Assembly (NCBI RefSeq): GCF_038025025.1
Contig: NW_027117346.1
Span: forward strand, 1,612,001 to 1,676,000
Reading direction: 5' to 3'
From: Phyllosticta citribraziliensis
Taxonomy: Eukaryota
Length of the DNA: 64,000 nt
A program made the position numbers and the translations under genes. A model generated the notes under the pieces. That model ran no database searches. It was given only the letters and a program-made list of their open reading frames with translations, and was not told the origin of the DNA. Shown one piece after another: positions 37,201 to 49,997 of this stretch (its first letter is position 1; the number at the start of each line of letters is the position of its first letter).

Positions 37201-39497
37201 AATCAACGTCATCTCGCCGAGAAGTGCCATGAGCAACGAAGTCTTGCCGCATCCCGTAGGTCCCACAATGACGTTCAGGTGTCCGACGTGGAATCGAAAG
37301 TCTAGATCCATCAGCTTGAAAGCATCGTCAACATCGCCCTCTTCCGACTCGCCGGTACCCCAGCTAAAGGTGCCGTGCGCAAATCCAATGACGGGGTCGC
37401 CATTTTCGTCCGTGTCCTCGTTTTTGAGCTGCCTGTACTTGTCCGTCTCGGGCTCGCTTAGATATTCTTCGATACGGTCGACGGAAACCTTGGATTCTTG
37501 AACGTGCGCAACCATGTCTGCGAGCTGGTCGAGCGGGATGCGGAGAAGCTGGAAGAGGGACAGCGACGTGAATGCTACTGATGGGATGAGATCCTTCTTC
37601 TCCACCGTGGTGTATACGAGGAACGACAAGAACGTGATGATGATCGGGGCCCCAGACCAGACCGTGGCGGCGGTGGCCCACCACTGATATCTCCGGCGGA
37701 GGTGGCGGAGCTCGACCGCGCGCTTCTCATCAACCTGGGCCTTGAACCGCTGTTCCCAGGCAAAGTACTTGATGATTCGAATGTTGGTCAGGATTTCGTT
37801 GGTGGTGTTGATACGGGCATCCGTGGCTGCGAGGATTTGTTTCTGAATGGCGGAAAACTTCTTCGAGATGAGCATGTTGACAGGCAAGAGTAGGACCATG
37901 GTGCAAATGCCAGCAATAGAGCTCCAACCGAGGATGCGGTATAGCAGGGCCACCGAAACGACGACTTGAACCGGAGTGCTCGCCCAGAGAAAGTGAAGAT
38001 AGGCAGAAATCTCGGCAACCTTGAACGAATCCACAGCCATGAGGTTGATGATGGCGCCGGACGTGACCTGAGACTCGACAACATTGGCGCTCTTTGTGGT
38101 TCCAGACTTGGGCTTGCCCCGGCCCAAGGATAGCATGCGCTTCAACTTCTGACGCTTGGTTTCGGTCCATTCGGGATCGCGTTTCTCGCCTAGAATCTTG
38201 TCGGCACCAGAAGCGGCTCTGCGCTTGAGCGCCTTGGCATAGATTTCTCCAATGATGATGGCGCGGATCCGAATGCAAATCTTGCGGCCAATCCACAGTG
38301 CTTGCCCGTCGGCCAAGGCGGAAATGACGCCAGACAGGAAGAGCAGAATGACGTAGAACCAAGCAGCATTCTTGGGTGTCGCATTTGGATTCTCAACGTA
38401 CTCGAGGATGAGCTTCAGGAGAATGGTGGGAACGAACAAGAACGCGCCAGAGCACGCAGCCCAAACGGCCTGGATCAAGAGACCGCGGCGGAAGTACCTG
38501 AGGAGGTGCCAGGCGAGGGCCTGCGTCTTTTTGAACTGCCGGTAGTCGGATAAAATGGCTGTAGACTTGTCCTTGGCCGGGAGATTCCACACGTCCTTGA
38601 GCTCCAGTGTCCGTTTCCATCCCCGAAGGACTAGGGAATCGACCCAAGCAAACGTGGCCAGTGAGAGCACGCTCGCGGTGGCTTCCTTGGAGGGCTGAAT
38701 GTCTGCTTCATATTCCAGCTCCACGGCACGGTTACCTTTGCGCGAGAGAAGCGCAATCACGGCCAGGAGGGTGTTGACACAAAAATCCGCAGTGGTCAAG
38801 TCCAGGGCCAGCGGGGAGGGAGGGTGGATCAGGACCGAGCGGAAGAGAAGAATGCCTATAAGCCATTGCCAGATGTAGATAAATGCTGTGTGGTACCACA
38901 GACGAGGAAACGAGAACTTGCTCGTGTTGGAGAACAAGAGTCGCGCCGACGCCAGCGTAGTGACGTAGCCCCAGACGACGACGCCTGCGATACCTGCAGT
39001 TCTATTTCCTTGGCCAGTGACCAGCTCTGCGACGTGAATGGCCAATTCTCCAAGGACCGCGACCTCTTCTACGACGACCAAGAGCACCTCGCCGCGCGGC
39101 TTGTCCACCTCGACGACCGAGTCATTTGTGATGGTTGGGACCAGAGCGAGGTCGGCGTTGCGGTCGAACTCGTCTTCGGTTTCGGAGTCGTCTTGGAGAA
39201 GATTTGCGGTCCTCGCAGATGATTGGTTGGAGAAGGAATTGCGCCACGAGTCGAGAGGGTTATAGGGCGTTGGCTTGCGTGATTGTCGCCATGAGCGTAG
39301 CAGTTGTGAGGACAGGTAGAGGGCCGAGAGGACGCATGCTAAGAGGGGCAAAAGCGTCTCGAGGTAGCTGTTTGACAGATGACACGGTTAGCGGGGGCGC
39401 ATAAGGCTCAATGCAGGGCAGAGGAAACGTACTCTTGCAGGAAGCAGCGGGAAAAGTCATCTGTGCCCCAGACTGGACCTTTGCAGTTGGCGAACAT
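34284..39497 (-). CDS. YBT1: ABCC/MRP-family transporter, Ybt1/Bpt1 (vacuolar bile-acid transporter)-like
   Basis: Exon 1 MFANCKGPVWGTDDFSRCFLQ. NBD1 has GPTGCGKTS and LSGGQKQR; NBD2 has GRTGAGKSS, LSQGQRQL and DEATASID. Two TMDs. Introns at ~39368-39432 and ~34979-35024. Confidence 0.88.
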
Positions 39498-40697
39498 GTT
39501 CTGCGGTCGTCGGGTCGCCTATGGTTGAGCCAGCCAATGGTGGGGGCAGTCAGGCTGGGCAGCGCACAACCTCTGACAAAAGACACGACGTGTTTGGCGA
39601 CGTCTTTAGGGTTGCATGGGACGCAGGGACGTGAGTATTGACAGGAGATGGTTGTCGGGTCGCAGTGCAGGATTGGTGGCAGAGGGACGGCGTAAATACC
39701 GTGCGGTGCGGTGCGGTGCGGTCGAGCGGCGTCTGCGTCTGACGTATCCAGGACCCAGCAAAACTAGCACGTAGGTAGGTACGGTACCTAGTTATAAGAT
39801 TATGTTATTCACCGAGCGGAGCAACTGCGGTAACCCGGACGAGCAGGAGCAGAAGCAGAAGCAGACACCGACGGGACTCCCGTCTGCAGCGGAGGCCAGG
39901 GCAGAGAAGACGTCGCGGCGAAAGCTGGTCCGGCGGTCGAAGAAGAGAGAGGGCCGAGGACAGGATCACGACATGCATGGGGAGGATAGGACTTAACCTA
40001 TACACCGACTCTTGACGGCTCCGATCCGACAGCGGCACCACTACAGGTACCAGGGAGGGCCATCCTCAGCCTTCTCGAGCGCCAAAGAAGCTCCAGCGAC
40101 CCCACATGCATGTTCATCAACCTAGCCTGCTGTGCTGCACCGCACCGGGATTCGGCCTCGAACACCGTTGGACCGGCGGATCTGCCGCGCATCATGAGGA
40201 GATCTCTGCTGGCCGTCACGACCCGGCAGCTTTCCTCCGCGTCTATTCGCTTCATCGCTTCATTCCTTCAACAACCACTTTTTCGACGCGTGGCTTCGAC
40301 GAGGTCCAAATTAGCATGGTCAGCGTGGTTTCACGGCGTAGGCGTTAGCAGCTGGGGAACCGATGTCGCCGCCTCGTTGCCCGGTAACTAACAACCCACC
40401 CATGATGCTACTGTACGGGCAATGACTCCGCGCGTGCAGCCCAAGTTTATCTCGCCCAATCACGTCCGCCTTCTTCGTGCTTACATACGCCTTCCATGTA
40501 TCCAACCGCCTCTCGCACACCACTCGGAGCCCTATTCCGCTCCGCCAAACCTCCTGGCTGGTATGCGCCCATTCCCAACACTACCGATCGGAAACCATTC
40601 ACCAGAAGTATATTTCATGTCGCATGTGAAGAGTTCTAGGCACGGCTTGATCTGTTCTACACTTCCCAACTCCCAACTCCTCGTAAATCGGCCCCAT

Positions 40698-41487
40698 CTA
40701 TTGGCGCGGCGCAGCAACCGGCGTCCACGCAGCGTACTTGGGCTTGGTCCTGTATCTTGTCACTAACCCACCTCTCCATGACTGCAATCAACTTACGTGC
40801 TGTACGGCTTGTACGCAGAACGTCCCAGGGTAAGGACGGGCCTGTGCGTCTTGGGCTCCCATTCGCGAACCTGTCTCTGGAGAATGGGGTCCGCACTCGG
40901 CGGCTTGTCGACCAAGTACGACATCCAGGCGTGCCTGCTATCCATCAGTCGCTGCTAGAGATTGATCTTTCCAGCTCGAAAAATACCAGCCTGGCTCAAT
41001 CTGCGACCTGTCCGCAGTCAGTATCATGTCAACAATCCTCAGGAGCTTGCATCCTCACGCATCGTATTCCTTGTCCTTGTAGTCCACCCAGCGTGTCCTC
41101 ACTATCATTCGCGTCAATTGTTCAATCCTTGAGAAATTGGGACGATCCACTGACGAGGCAGTTCCTCCTCCAAGTTCTCAAAGTACTTGTTGCCGTACTT
41201 GTCCATCCCAATCAGAGTGCCGGCCTTGGTATCGCCTGTGCTCAAATCAGCATTTTGCCGCTGCAAACTTGAGATTGATGGGCGGACCAATGTTCTACAG
41301 TTCCAGACAATGTGCGGTCAGCTTCGACGTGCAAAGGCGTCCGCGGGCAGCAGTGGGAGGCGTACCTGCATCTGGTGGGCGGCGTCCTACGATCAAGTTA
41401 GCGTTCAGGTCAGGGCAACGAGTCCAGGAATCCAACCTTGAAGCCAACTCGGCGCAGGTTGCGCAGCGTGCGCAGAATGGTAGACAT
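40698..41487 (-). CDS. NADH:ubiquinone oxidoreductase subunit NDUFA12 (B17.2), multi-exon
   Basis: Short exons give MSTILRTLRNLRRVGFK, GDTKAGTLIGMDKYGNKYFEN, RWVDY, QIEPGW-HAWMSY and YKPYST-TKPKYAAWTP. Confidence 0.88.
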
Positions 41488-41734
41488 GTTGGATGGTGCG
41501 GAGGACGATGCGGTGGACGATCCCGGCGAGACACCGTGGTGGTGATGGGATGATGCGGAGGGCTCCGCTTGGCGACCAGAAGGCGGAGGTCCCGTCCGTC
41601 TGGGGTCGCTCCGACGCAATTCCGCCCAGGGCATGGTTCGGTTTCCGCCCTCCAACACCACCCGACCCTAGACCAGAGCTGCCTTGCGTTGCGCGCCCAC
41701 CCGCAGGCAAGCTGACTCCCTCTTGCACATGAAA

Positions 41735-43657
41735 ATGTTTGCCAGGGGCGTTGTCAGATGTGCACGGCTTCGGTCTCCCGCACATTCGCTGAAACGCGCG
41801 ACACCTGGAGCCCAAGTTGTCAAGAGATATTCTTCCACTTCTGCAGCTGCGGCCAACACGCCGGCCCCGGCCCAGTCGGGCGCCTCGCTCCTGGGGAGCT
41901 TGACCACTGAACTTGACAAGATTTCCCCCAGGTTTGAAGTGGAGCCGGAACAGATAGAAATCTTGAAAACCCCGTCTGAATTTTATGAGACGCTCAAGGT
42001 CAGCAATTTTTGAATTTTTCCCCCTCTTAGCTTCCAGTGCACTATCTCCCTCAGTCTTCTTAATAGTACAAAATGCTCGAAAAATAACAGGGCTAACGTA
42101 TTAGGTCAGGCAAAAATTTCAACTGCACAACGGAGAATCTACCTCTCTACTCTTTACATTGGCAAAACTGAGCATGAGCTGGTACGTGACCTCGACAGTG
42201 TTGCTTTGGACATAGAGCCCAGTCCTGACTGGCATAGATATCAGTCATATGGGACGCGCTCCAGCGCAACCCGAAACTCAAAGTCTCATTCCTTACAGAC
42301 GCTCTCCGCGGCACGAGAGAGACGCCGGAACCATCATGCGCGTCTCTGCTGGCGCCCCTGATCACCGAGTTTGGAGAGGACCGTGTTGAGATTCGCATGT
42401 TCCACACGCCAAACCTACACGGGCTGCGGAAGAAGTTGATTCCCAAGCGCATCAACGAGGGCTGGGGCTTGCAGCACATGAAGCTATACGGCGTCGACGA
42501 TGAGTTGATCATGTCAGGGTGAGTGACCAAGAAGCTTACATGGGGGGACAGCAATCAACCCCAAAGACCAACAACATCTGTATCGACTGACAAACGAAAA
42601 ACGCAGTGCCAACCTCTCCAACGACTACTTCACGAACCGACAAGACCGCTACCACGTCTTCCACTCCGCCGCCATCGCCGACTACTTTGCCCGCATCCAC
42701 GCGGCCGTCTGCAAGCTGTCGTACCAGATTCTGCCAGCCCCCAAGGACGAGCCCGCCGGATACACGATGAGCTGGCCAGCAAGCAATCCAAGCCCATCTC
42801 CGCTCGACGACCGACACGCCTTCAAGCGCGCGGCATCGACGCTCCTGACGCCGCTGATCCGGCCCAGCACGCCGCCTCCGCCCTCCCCCTTTATCCGCTC
42901 GTCTTCCTCCTCATTGTCAACGACGACACTAATCTACCCGCTCCTCCAATTCACGCCCATCCTGCCCTCGTCGACCGACACATCGACCGAGCTCCCCGCG
43001 CTAACCTCGCTCCTCACGCTCCTCACGCAGCCGGCCCACCACGGCAGCACGTGGACCTTCACGGCGGGCTACTTCAACATGACGCCGCACATGCGCAACC
43101 TGCTGCTGGGCAGCAACCCGGCGCGCGGCACCGTCATCGCCGCCAGCCCGCGCGCCAACGGCTTCTACGGCTCCCCCGGCGTCAGCGGCCTGCTGCCGCC
43201 CGCCTACACGCACCTGGCCGAGGTCTTCCTGCGCGCCGTCGAGCGCGCCCACCTCGCCGCCCGCGTCCGCCTCATGGAGTGGCAGCGCGGCTCCGTCGGC
43301 GAGCCCGGCGGCTGGACGTACCACGCCAAGGGGCTGTGGGTGTCGTCGCCGCCTTCGCCTCAATCCCGACAACACCAACAAGACCGCAATGACAACGCCC
43401 CACGCCCCCTCCCGCAAGTCTCGCTCATCGGCTCCTCAAACTACACGGCGCGATCGCACGCGCTCGACCTCGAGGCCAACGTGCTCGTCGTGACGCGCTC
43501 GCCCGACCTGATGCGGCGGCTGGGCGACGAGGAGGCGCTGCTGCGCGCCTACGCGCGCGACGTGGGCTGGGACGAGTTCGCCAAGGTCGAGAGGAGGGTC
43601 GGCCTGCATGTGCGATTGGCCATGGGCATTGTGAGGGTTTTGGGTGGCGCGCTGTAG
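41735..43657 (+). CDS. PGS1: Mitochondrial phosphatidylglycerophosphate synthase (PLD superfamily)
   Basis: Arg-rich presequence MFARGVVRCARLR (alternative ATG at 41729), PSEFYETLK, LSTLYIG, DALRGTR, EGWGLQHMKLYG, ANLSNDYFTNRQDRY, WTYHAKGLW and GSSNYT. Confidence 0.92.
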
Positions 43658-44339
43658 GCATTTTGGCACGTTTGGTGTTGAACAATGAGGGGGAAGAAGA
43701 AAGAACACATGTGAAGAGGGTTGTACGATTAACGAGAGATGTACAGGAGGCATGCATTCCAAGAAAGCGAGTGGGGACGTTGAGCTCTGGTGGCCATGAC
43801 GCATTTGTGTATCGGTACATGTAGACGGCGCGATGAGCATACTTAGACAGGTTTCATGTTGGCAACGAGGTGTAAACTTTCAGGGCTGGTCACTGCTTTC
43901 TATCCTATCCTGGAACCATGGAATACTCTGAAAAGGAAAAAACTGCGCCTTGTGCAGACCCCCGAGAATCGGCAGATACAAACGAAGTGCTGCTCTTTTA
44001 GTGGTGGGTGGTAGAATGATGGATGGGGGGAAAGGAGAGCAGCAACTTTGATCTGGACCGAGCAAGCAAGCAAGCAGCCGCCGCCCAGGCTTGGTAAAAC
44101 CCGAACCGTTGACCTTGGGTTAAACATACACCGAAACACCAGTCACCCAGGCAAGAAGACCACTGCGTTCTAGCGTTGTGGGATCCCCAGTCGCCGAGTG
44201 AAAACCATCCCGCGAAATTATTCGAAGTCCGGACAGGCGCCGTCATATCGACGACCAAGGAAGTTTCAGAGGTTAAGCGCAAATTCTAGGTCATGTTGCG
44301 ACCTTTGGACGGAGGAGCAGATGACGTGAGGACGATGGC

Positions 44340-45055
44340 TTAGCGGCTGTTGTCTTGTCAGTACTTGGGCCTCGCTTAACCATGGATTTCTACTCACTCT
44401 TCGGCCCACTCGTTCTCGCGGCGAATCTGGTCTTCCTCCTCCGGGGTGAAGTCGTTCTGAATGTTGAACGTCTTGCGGATCTCATCGGGCGACTTGCCCT
44501 TGATCATGTTGGCGACGGTCTTGCAGCCAACATCAAGAAGCGCCTTGATGTCGAGGTAGTTGGCAGCCTGCAAATACGTCAGTACGCGGCCAGCTATTCA
44601 AGCGCCATTATTTGTTTGTATCTTACCAGGATAATCTCAAACAGCATCTCCTGGTCGACCTGCATAAACTTCTGGTCCCACTCATCAATGTCCGTCGACT
44701 TCTTACGCGAGTCGGAGTCGTCATCGGCAGAGGCGGGCGGGTCCTTCTTGTGCTGCTCGCACCACTCGAGAACCTTGCGCATGACCTGCTCGTTGACCTG
44801 GGCGGGCGTCAGCAGTGTTGGAGAGAGGAGACGGCGGACAGCGTACGTTGGGGATGGGGATGGGCTCTCCGGAGTCGGCTCCCAAGTCCTCGAGCAAGTT
44901 CTTGATCAGAATGGAGCGTTCAGCGACCTGGCGCTCTGGGTACAGTCAGTTGAGGAGCAATGACGCCAGAGGGCGGGCGCGAGCGGGGAGCGGAACGTAC
45001 CGACTTCAATGTCGACGCCGTCGCTGGTGGTGAGGACGATCTTCTGCGAAGACAT
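44340..45055 (-). CDS. SKP1: SCF ubiquitin ligase subunit Skp1 (SconC)
   Basis: [78 protein letters not shown] and ENEWAEDR. Four introns. Confidence 0.95.
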
Positions 45056-46072
45056 GGTGCAGGGCGAGACAGACGTGTAGTCGTTGCAGTCGTGTGCGGT
45101 GGTGGTTGAAGAAAGGTTGTGGTGGTGTCGGCGTGGCGGCGGGTGGACTTTGAGGTGCTGTGCTTGGGGTCGGAGCTAAGAGAAGCCGCGGGTCAGGTTG
45201 TGGATGATCTGGGCTGGCGTGGGTATATATGTGGCCGCACCCAAGACAAGACTTTCAGAGTGGTAAGATGAGGCGACGTGGGGGAGATGGTTGGAGTAGT
45301 GTTGGATGATGAGTGGAAGAGGAGACGAACGAAGAAGAGGGATGGCTCTAGCTAGTATCGCAGGCGCCGCTGGCAGGGCCGGTACAGTCAACCACGGCAG
45401 GCAGTAGGTACCAACTGTAAGCGAGCACGGGCGTTGGTTGTGTTGTAGGGGAAGCGTAAGGTGGAGCCAGGCAGCGCATGCAACAGATGCAATCCACGCT
45501 CTTTTGGACCGACCGAGTGTCTATTCTACTCTACACTGCGCCGTGTCTTGCTTGGTTCTCTTCACTTCGTTCGTCCGTCGTGGTTTGTTGTTTACATTTG
45601 CCGTGTGACCACCCAGGCATGTCTTCTTTGACCACGGCGCCCAACTGCATGCGCAAACATCAAATCGGCATGCAACAACTCAAATCGTCGAACAAAACAT
45701 GTAGACCAGCTGTCGCAGCACACTGCGCGACTCGCATCCATGGAAATGTCCCCGCGCGGTCATCCGGTGAGCTTAAGCCAAGGTCGCCGCCCACGTGAAG
45801 CCCAGGGCCTCACGGCAGCGGCCTCTTGCATCCACCAACGCGCCAACGACCATTGTGCTGCCAGGCACGCGTCCAGCTGCTCAAACAAACCGAACCTACC
45901 GGAACATGCCCAACCTGCATGTCACTCGCAAACTCTACTCACGTCATGTGTAATCATCTCCCAACCTATCGCCCGCCTCCCCTTATCACCTCTCCGTCGA
46001 GTCGCACAGCGATCACAAAACACCTTTCCTCTGCAACATGCTCCGACGACGACTGTCCCTAACCCCAAAGCT

Positions 46073-47678
46073 ATGTGGCGCAGGGTTTACCTCTTCCTCC
46101 TGCTGGTGCGCCTCTACTTTGCCCTCTCGCCGAGCTATCTGCATCCCGATGAAAACTTCCAGGGCCCCGAGGTCATAGCAGGTACCACCCTCTTTGCTTT
46201 GCGCCGCTCCAGAACATGCCACTAACAGCTTTCCAGGCCGAGTTTTTTCCTACCCCGTCCATCTCACTTGGGAGTTCACAGCCCAAAATCCCATCCGGAG
46301 CTCTTTTCCGCTATGGATCTGCTACGGCATCCCAATGTTCACCCTGCGCGTCGTCTGGGACGGCTTCGCCCAGGGCACCGTTCCTCCGCACGTCGTATAC
46401 TGGACCCTGCGCTTCCTCATGTTCACCTTGAGCATGGTCCTTGAGGACTGGGCCATCCTGGAGCTCATATCCTCTCCGCGCCAGCGCAAAGTTGCCCAGA
46501 TGCTGGTTGCCTCCTCATACGTGACCTGGACATTGCAAACCCACACCTTTTCCAACTCGCTCGAGACTCTGGCCCTGATCTGGTGCATGGTATTGATCCA
46601 GCGCATCGAACACGATAAAAGGCACTCGAGCCTGCCAGCATCCGCCGTGCTCGGATTCCTCGCTGTCGTCGGAGTCTTCAATCGCATCACCTTTCCGGCC
46701 TATCTTGTGGTTCCTGCGCTACAGCTCCTCTCTCACTTTCAGCGCAAACCGCTCTCGCTCATTGTGCTGCTACTCTCAGCAGCCCTGACGGCCATGGTCG
46801 CTATTGCCTTTGACACGTCTTTTTACACCCAAGGCGAGATAACTCTCTCCGACCTCGTCCTGCGCCCCGTCATTACGCCGCTCAACAACCTCCTCTACAA
46901 CTCATCCGCTTCCAACCTGGCCAAACACGGCCTACATCCCTACTACCAGCACCTGGTCGCCAACCTGCCACAGCTCCTCGGACCCACTTACCCGCTCATT
47001 TTCCTCTCGTTCCGCAAGAACCTGCGTACAGCCGCTGCTGTGACGGGCATCACGCTGCTCTCCGTCTTCCCGCACCAAGAAGCGCGCTTCCTGCTGCCCA
47101 CGATCCCGCTGCTCCTCACGTCCATCCGCCTGCCCGACCCCCTCGTCAATCGCCGCCTCTGGCGCGCCTGGCTCGCCTCTTGGATTGCCTTCAACGCCGT
47201 CATGGGTGTCCTCATGGGCGTCTACCACCAGGGCGGCGTTGTCCCCGCCCAAATGTGGATTGCCCGTCACGGCGAGCCTGGCCTCGCCCGCGTCTTCTGG
47301 TGGAAGACGTACAGCCCGCCTGTGTGGCTGCTCAACGGGCGCAACACTGTCGTCGACACTGTCGACCTCATGGGCATGCCCCGTGCCGACATGGTTACCC
47401 GCGTTGTCGATGGCTCCGCGTGCTCGGATCAGGATCATCACGCCAACAACTTGACCTACCTTGTTGCCCCCAGTAGTGCGACGTTCCTGGACCGCTTTCG
47501 CCAAGACGCCGGTGACACTGACGAGCAGGTTCCCTTCCGTCTCGACCAAGTGTGGTCGTACGGCAAGCACATCAACCTGGACGACATGGACTTTGGCGAC
47601 GACGGCGTTGTACCGACGCTCTCGCGAGTGGTTGGGAGGCGGGGCATCTCGGTGTGGAGAGTACGGAAGCAATGCTGA
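46073..47678 (+). CDS. SMP3: GPI mannosyltransferase 4 (Smp3/PIG-Z)
   Basis: [65 protein letters not shown] and WWKTYSPP. One intron at ~46182-46237. Confidence 0.92.
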
Positions 47679-47956
47679 GGTACATGAAGTTGCGAGGGAT
47701 CCAAAGACGTCGATATTTTGACATTTCTGGCGTCAGGTTGGCCGGAAATGATAGGACACGGACGGAGCTTCATCTTGGAGTCGTCAATGGCGTCTACATT
47801 TGTTGTATTTCTGCTGTATACCCCTCAGATACATAAATCTCAACCCCTTTTCCCAACATCCGAGCAAGCAGTCAATCTGATTTTCATTGTTCGTCATCTC
47901 TCGTAGATCCAACGTTACGCACACGTTCTACAGCCCTGAACCTACCTCTTGCGTGC

Positions 47957-49532
47957 TCACAGCTTGGCCTTGCCCGTCGAGCGCTCCAAGGCCAATACGT
48001 CGATCTTCTTCAGCCCACGCGCCTCAAACAAGCTGTCCGACTTCTTGAGCTGCGCCTCGAGGCGGCGCTTGAGCGCCTCGCCGCGCTTGTTCTCATTGCG
48101 ACCGAGCTGCAAGCAGTGCACCTCGTCGGGCCCATCAACGATGCGCATCGTGCGACCATTCGCGTACATGCCGGCAAGCGGAGTCTCCTGGCTGACACCA
48201 GCGCCGCCATACGCCTGGATAGCGGCATCAATGACGCGCAGGGCCATGGCGGGAACCAAGACCTTGACCTCAGCAATCTCCTTGAGGGCGCGCTTGGCGC
48301 CGACGAGGTCCATCTTGACGGCGGCGTTGAGCACCGACAGGCGGGCGGCGTCGATGTCGATGCGGCTGCGGGCGACGCGGTCCAGCATGACGCCGTGGGC
48401 GCTGAGCAGCTGGCCAAAGGGCTTCTTGCGCGGGTCGTTGAGGCGCGCGAGGAACCACTCGAGCGCGCGCTCCGCGGCGCCGATGCTGCGCATGGCGTGG
48501 TGGATGCGGCCGGGCCCCAGTCGGCCCTGGATCACCTCGAACCCGCGGCCCGGCCCCAGCACGATGTTGGCCGCCGGCACGCGCACGTCGGTGAAGCTGA
48601 TGTGCCCGTGCCCGTGCGGCGCGTCGTCGTAGCCCATGACCGACAGCATGCGGTGCACCGTTATCCCCGGCGTGTCGGCCGGCACCAGGATGATGGATTG
48701 TTGCGCGTACGCCGACGCGTTGGTCGGGTCGGATTTGCCCAGGACGATGTAGACTTGGCAGCGCGGGTCGCCGGCGCCAGAGGACCACCATTTCTGTTGG
48801 AAGCGGTGGTTAGTAGGTGGTGGTTGTTTGAGAAGTAGAGTGTGGGCAAGGGGTGTCAGGGGGCAGGGTATGTAGGTTACCAGGGGTACTAACCTGGCCA
48901 TTCAGAACCCACTCGTCGCCCTCGCGGCGAATGCTCATCTCAATGTTCGTAGCATCGCTGCTGGCAACCTGGGGCTCAGTCATCAAGAAGGCGCTGCGAA
49001 TCTCGCCGCGCAGCAACGGGTCGAGCCAGCGGCGCTTCTGCGCTTCCGTCCCGTACTTTGCCAGCACCTCCATGTTGCCCGTGTCGGGCGCCGAGCAGTT
49101 GACAGCCTCCGACGCCGTCCGCGACTTGCCCAGGTACTCGGCCATGAGCCCGTACTCGAGGTTCGAGAAGCCCGCCCCCTCCTTGAAGTGGCCCTTGGGC
49201 AGGAACATGTTCCACAGCCCCAGCTGTTGCGCCTTGGCCTTGAGCTCTTCCAGGATCGGCGGATGTGCTGAGAAGCGGGCTTGCACGCCTTCGCCCAGTT
49301 GTTGCATGAAGACGGCGTCGGCCGGGATGCATTCTTCTTCGACGAAGCGCTCGACCTATATATCCGCATGTGTGAGCCTGCTGTTCAATCCTGTGGGAAC
49401 AGTTCTGCTGCGTACGAGGTCCAATGTCTTCTTTGCGCGCTCGCTGACATATGGCAGCGCAATGGGTGGGATGCGTTCCGAGGCGGGCACGTAGCCCTTT
49501 TCGCTGTTGACAAGCAAATCCGACGACGACAT
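47957..49532 (-). CDS. Peroxisomal acyl-CoA dehydrogenase (ACAD10/11-like)
   Basis: [58 protein letters not shown] and [11 protein letters not shown]-terminal AKL is a PTS1 signal. Confidence 0.9.
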
Positions 49533-49997
49533 GATGGCGGTGGTGGAATTCAATCGGGTGGGGATGGGATGGTTGAGGGCGAGAGAAGCATTGAACAATG
49601 TCTCCGGGGGTCCATTGTAGTTGTATGGCTGGCGATGCGGGAGCAACGGGGTTAGCGAGGAGCCCGTCTGCCCGCTTTTGCTCCACCGAGGCGTTGGCTT
49701 TTTGCGGGGAAGTACCGAGGCAGGCGGCGTCCCCGACGATTACTCCAGGACTGGCGCCACCATCACGACACTGGAAAAATTAATCAGAAGCATTGCATGG
49801 CTACTGCGTCGCTAGGTGAAGCATCTCAAACTGCGTCCTGGAACGCCGCCTTCCATCGTGCCGAGTGCCGCAAAGATCGTGAGCGTTTCCCATTCGGATA
49901 AGACTCAAGCTCAGATTGTATCCCACTCAACCAGACTCACAACGCCTAAAATGCAGACCATTGACCGCCCCATTTTCCCACCGTCTCGTAATCAAGC

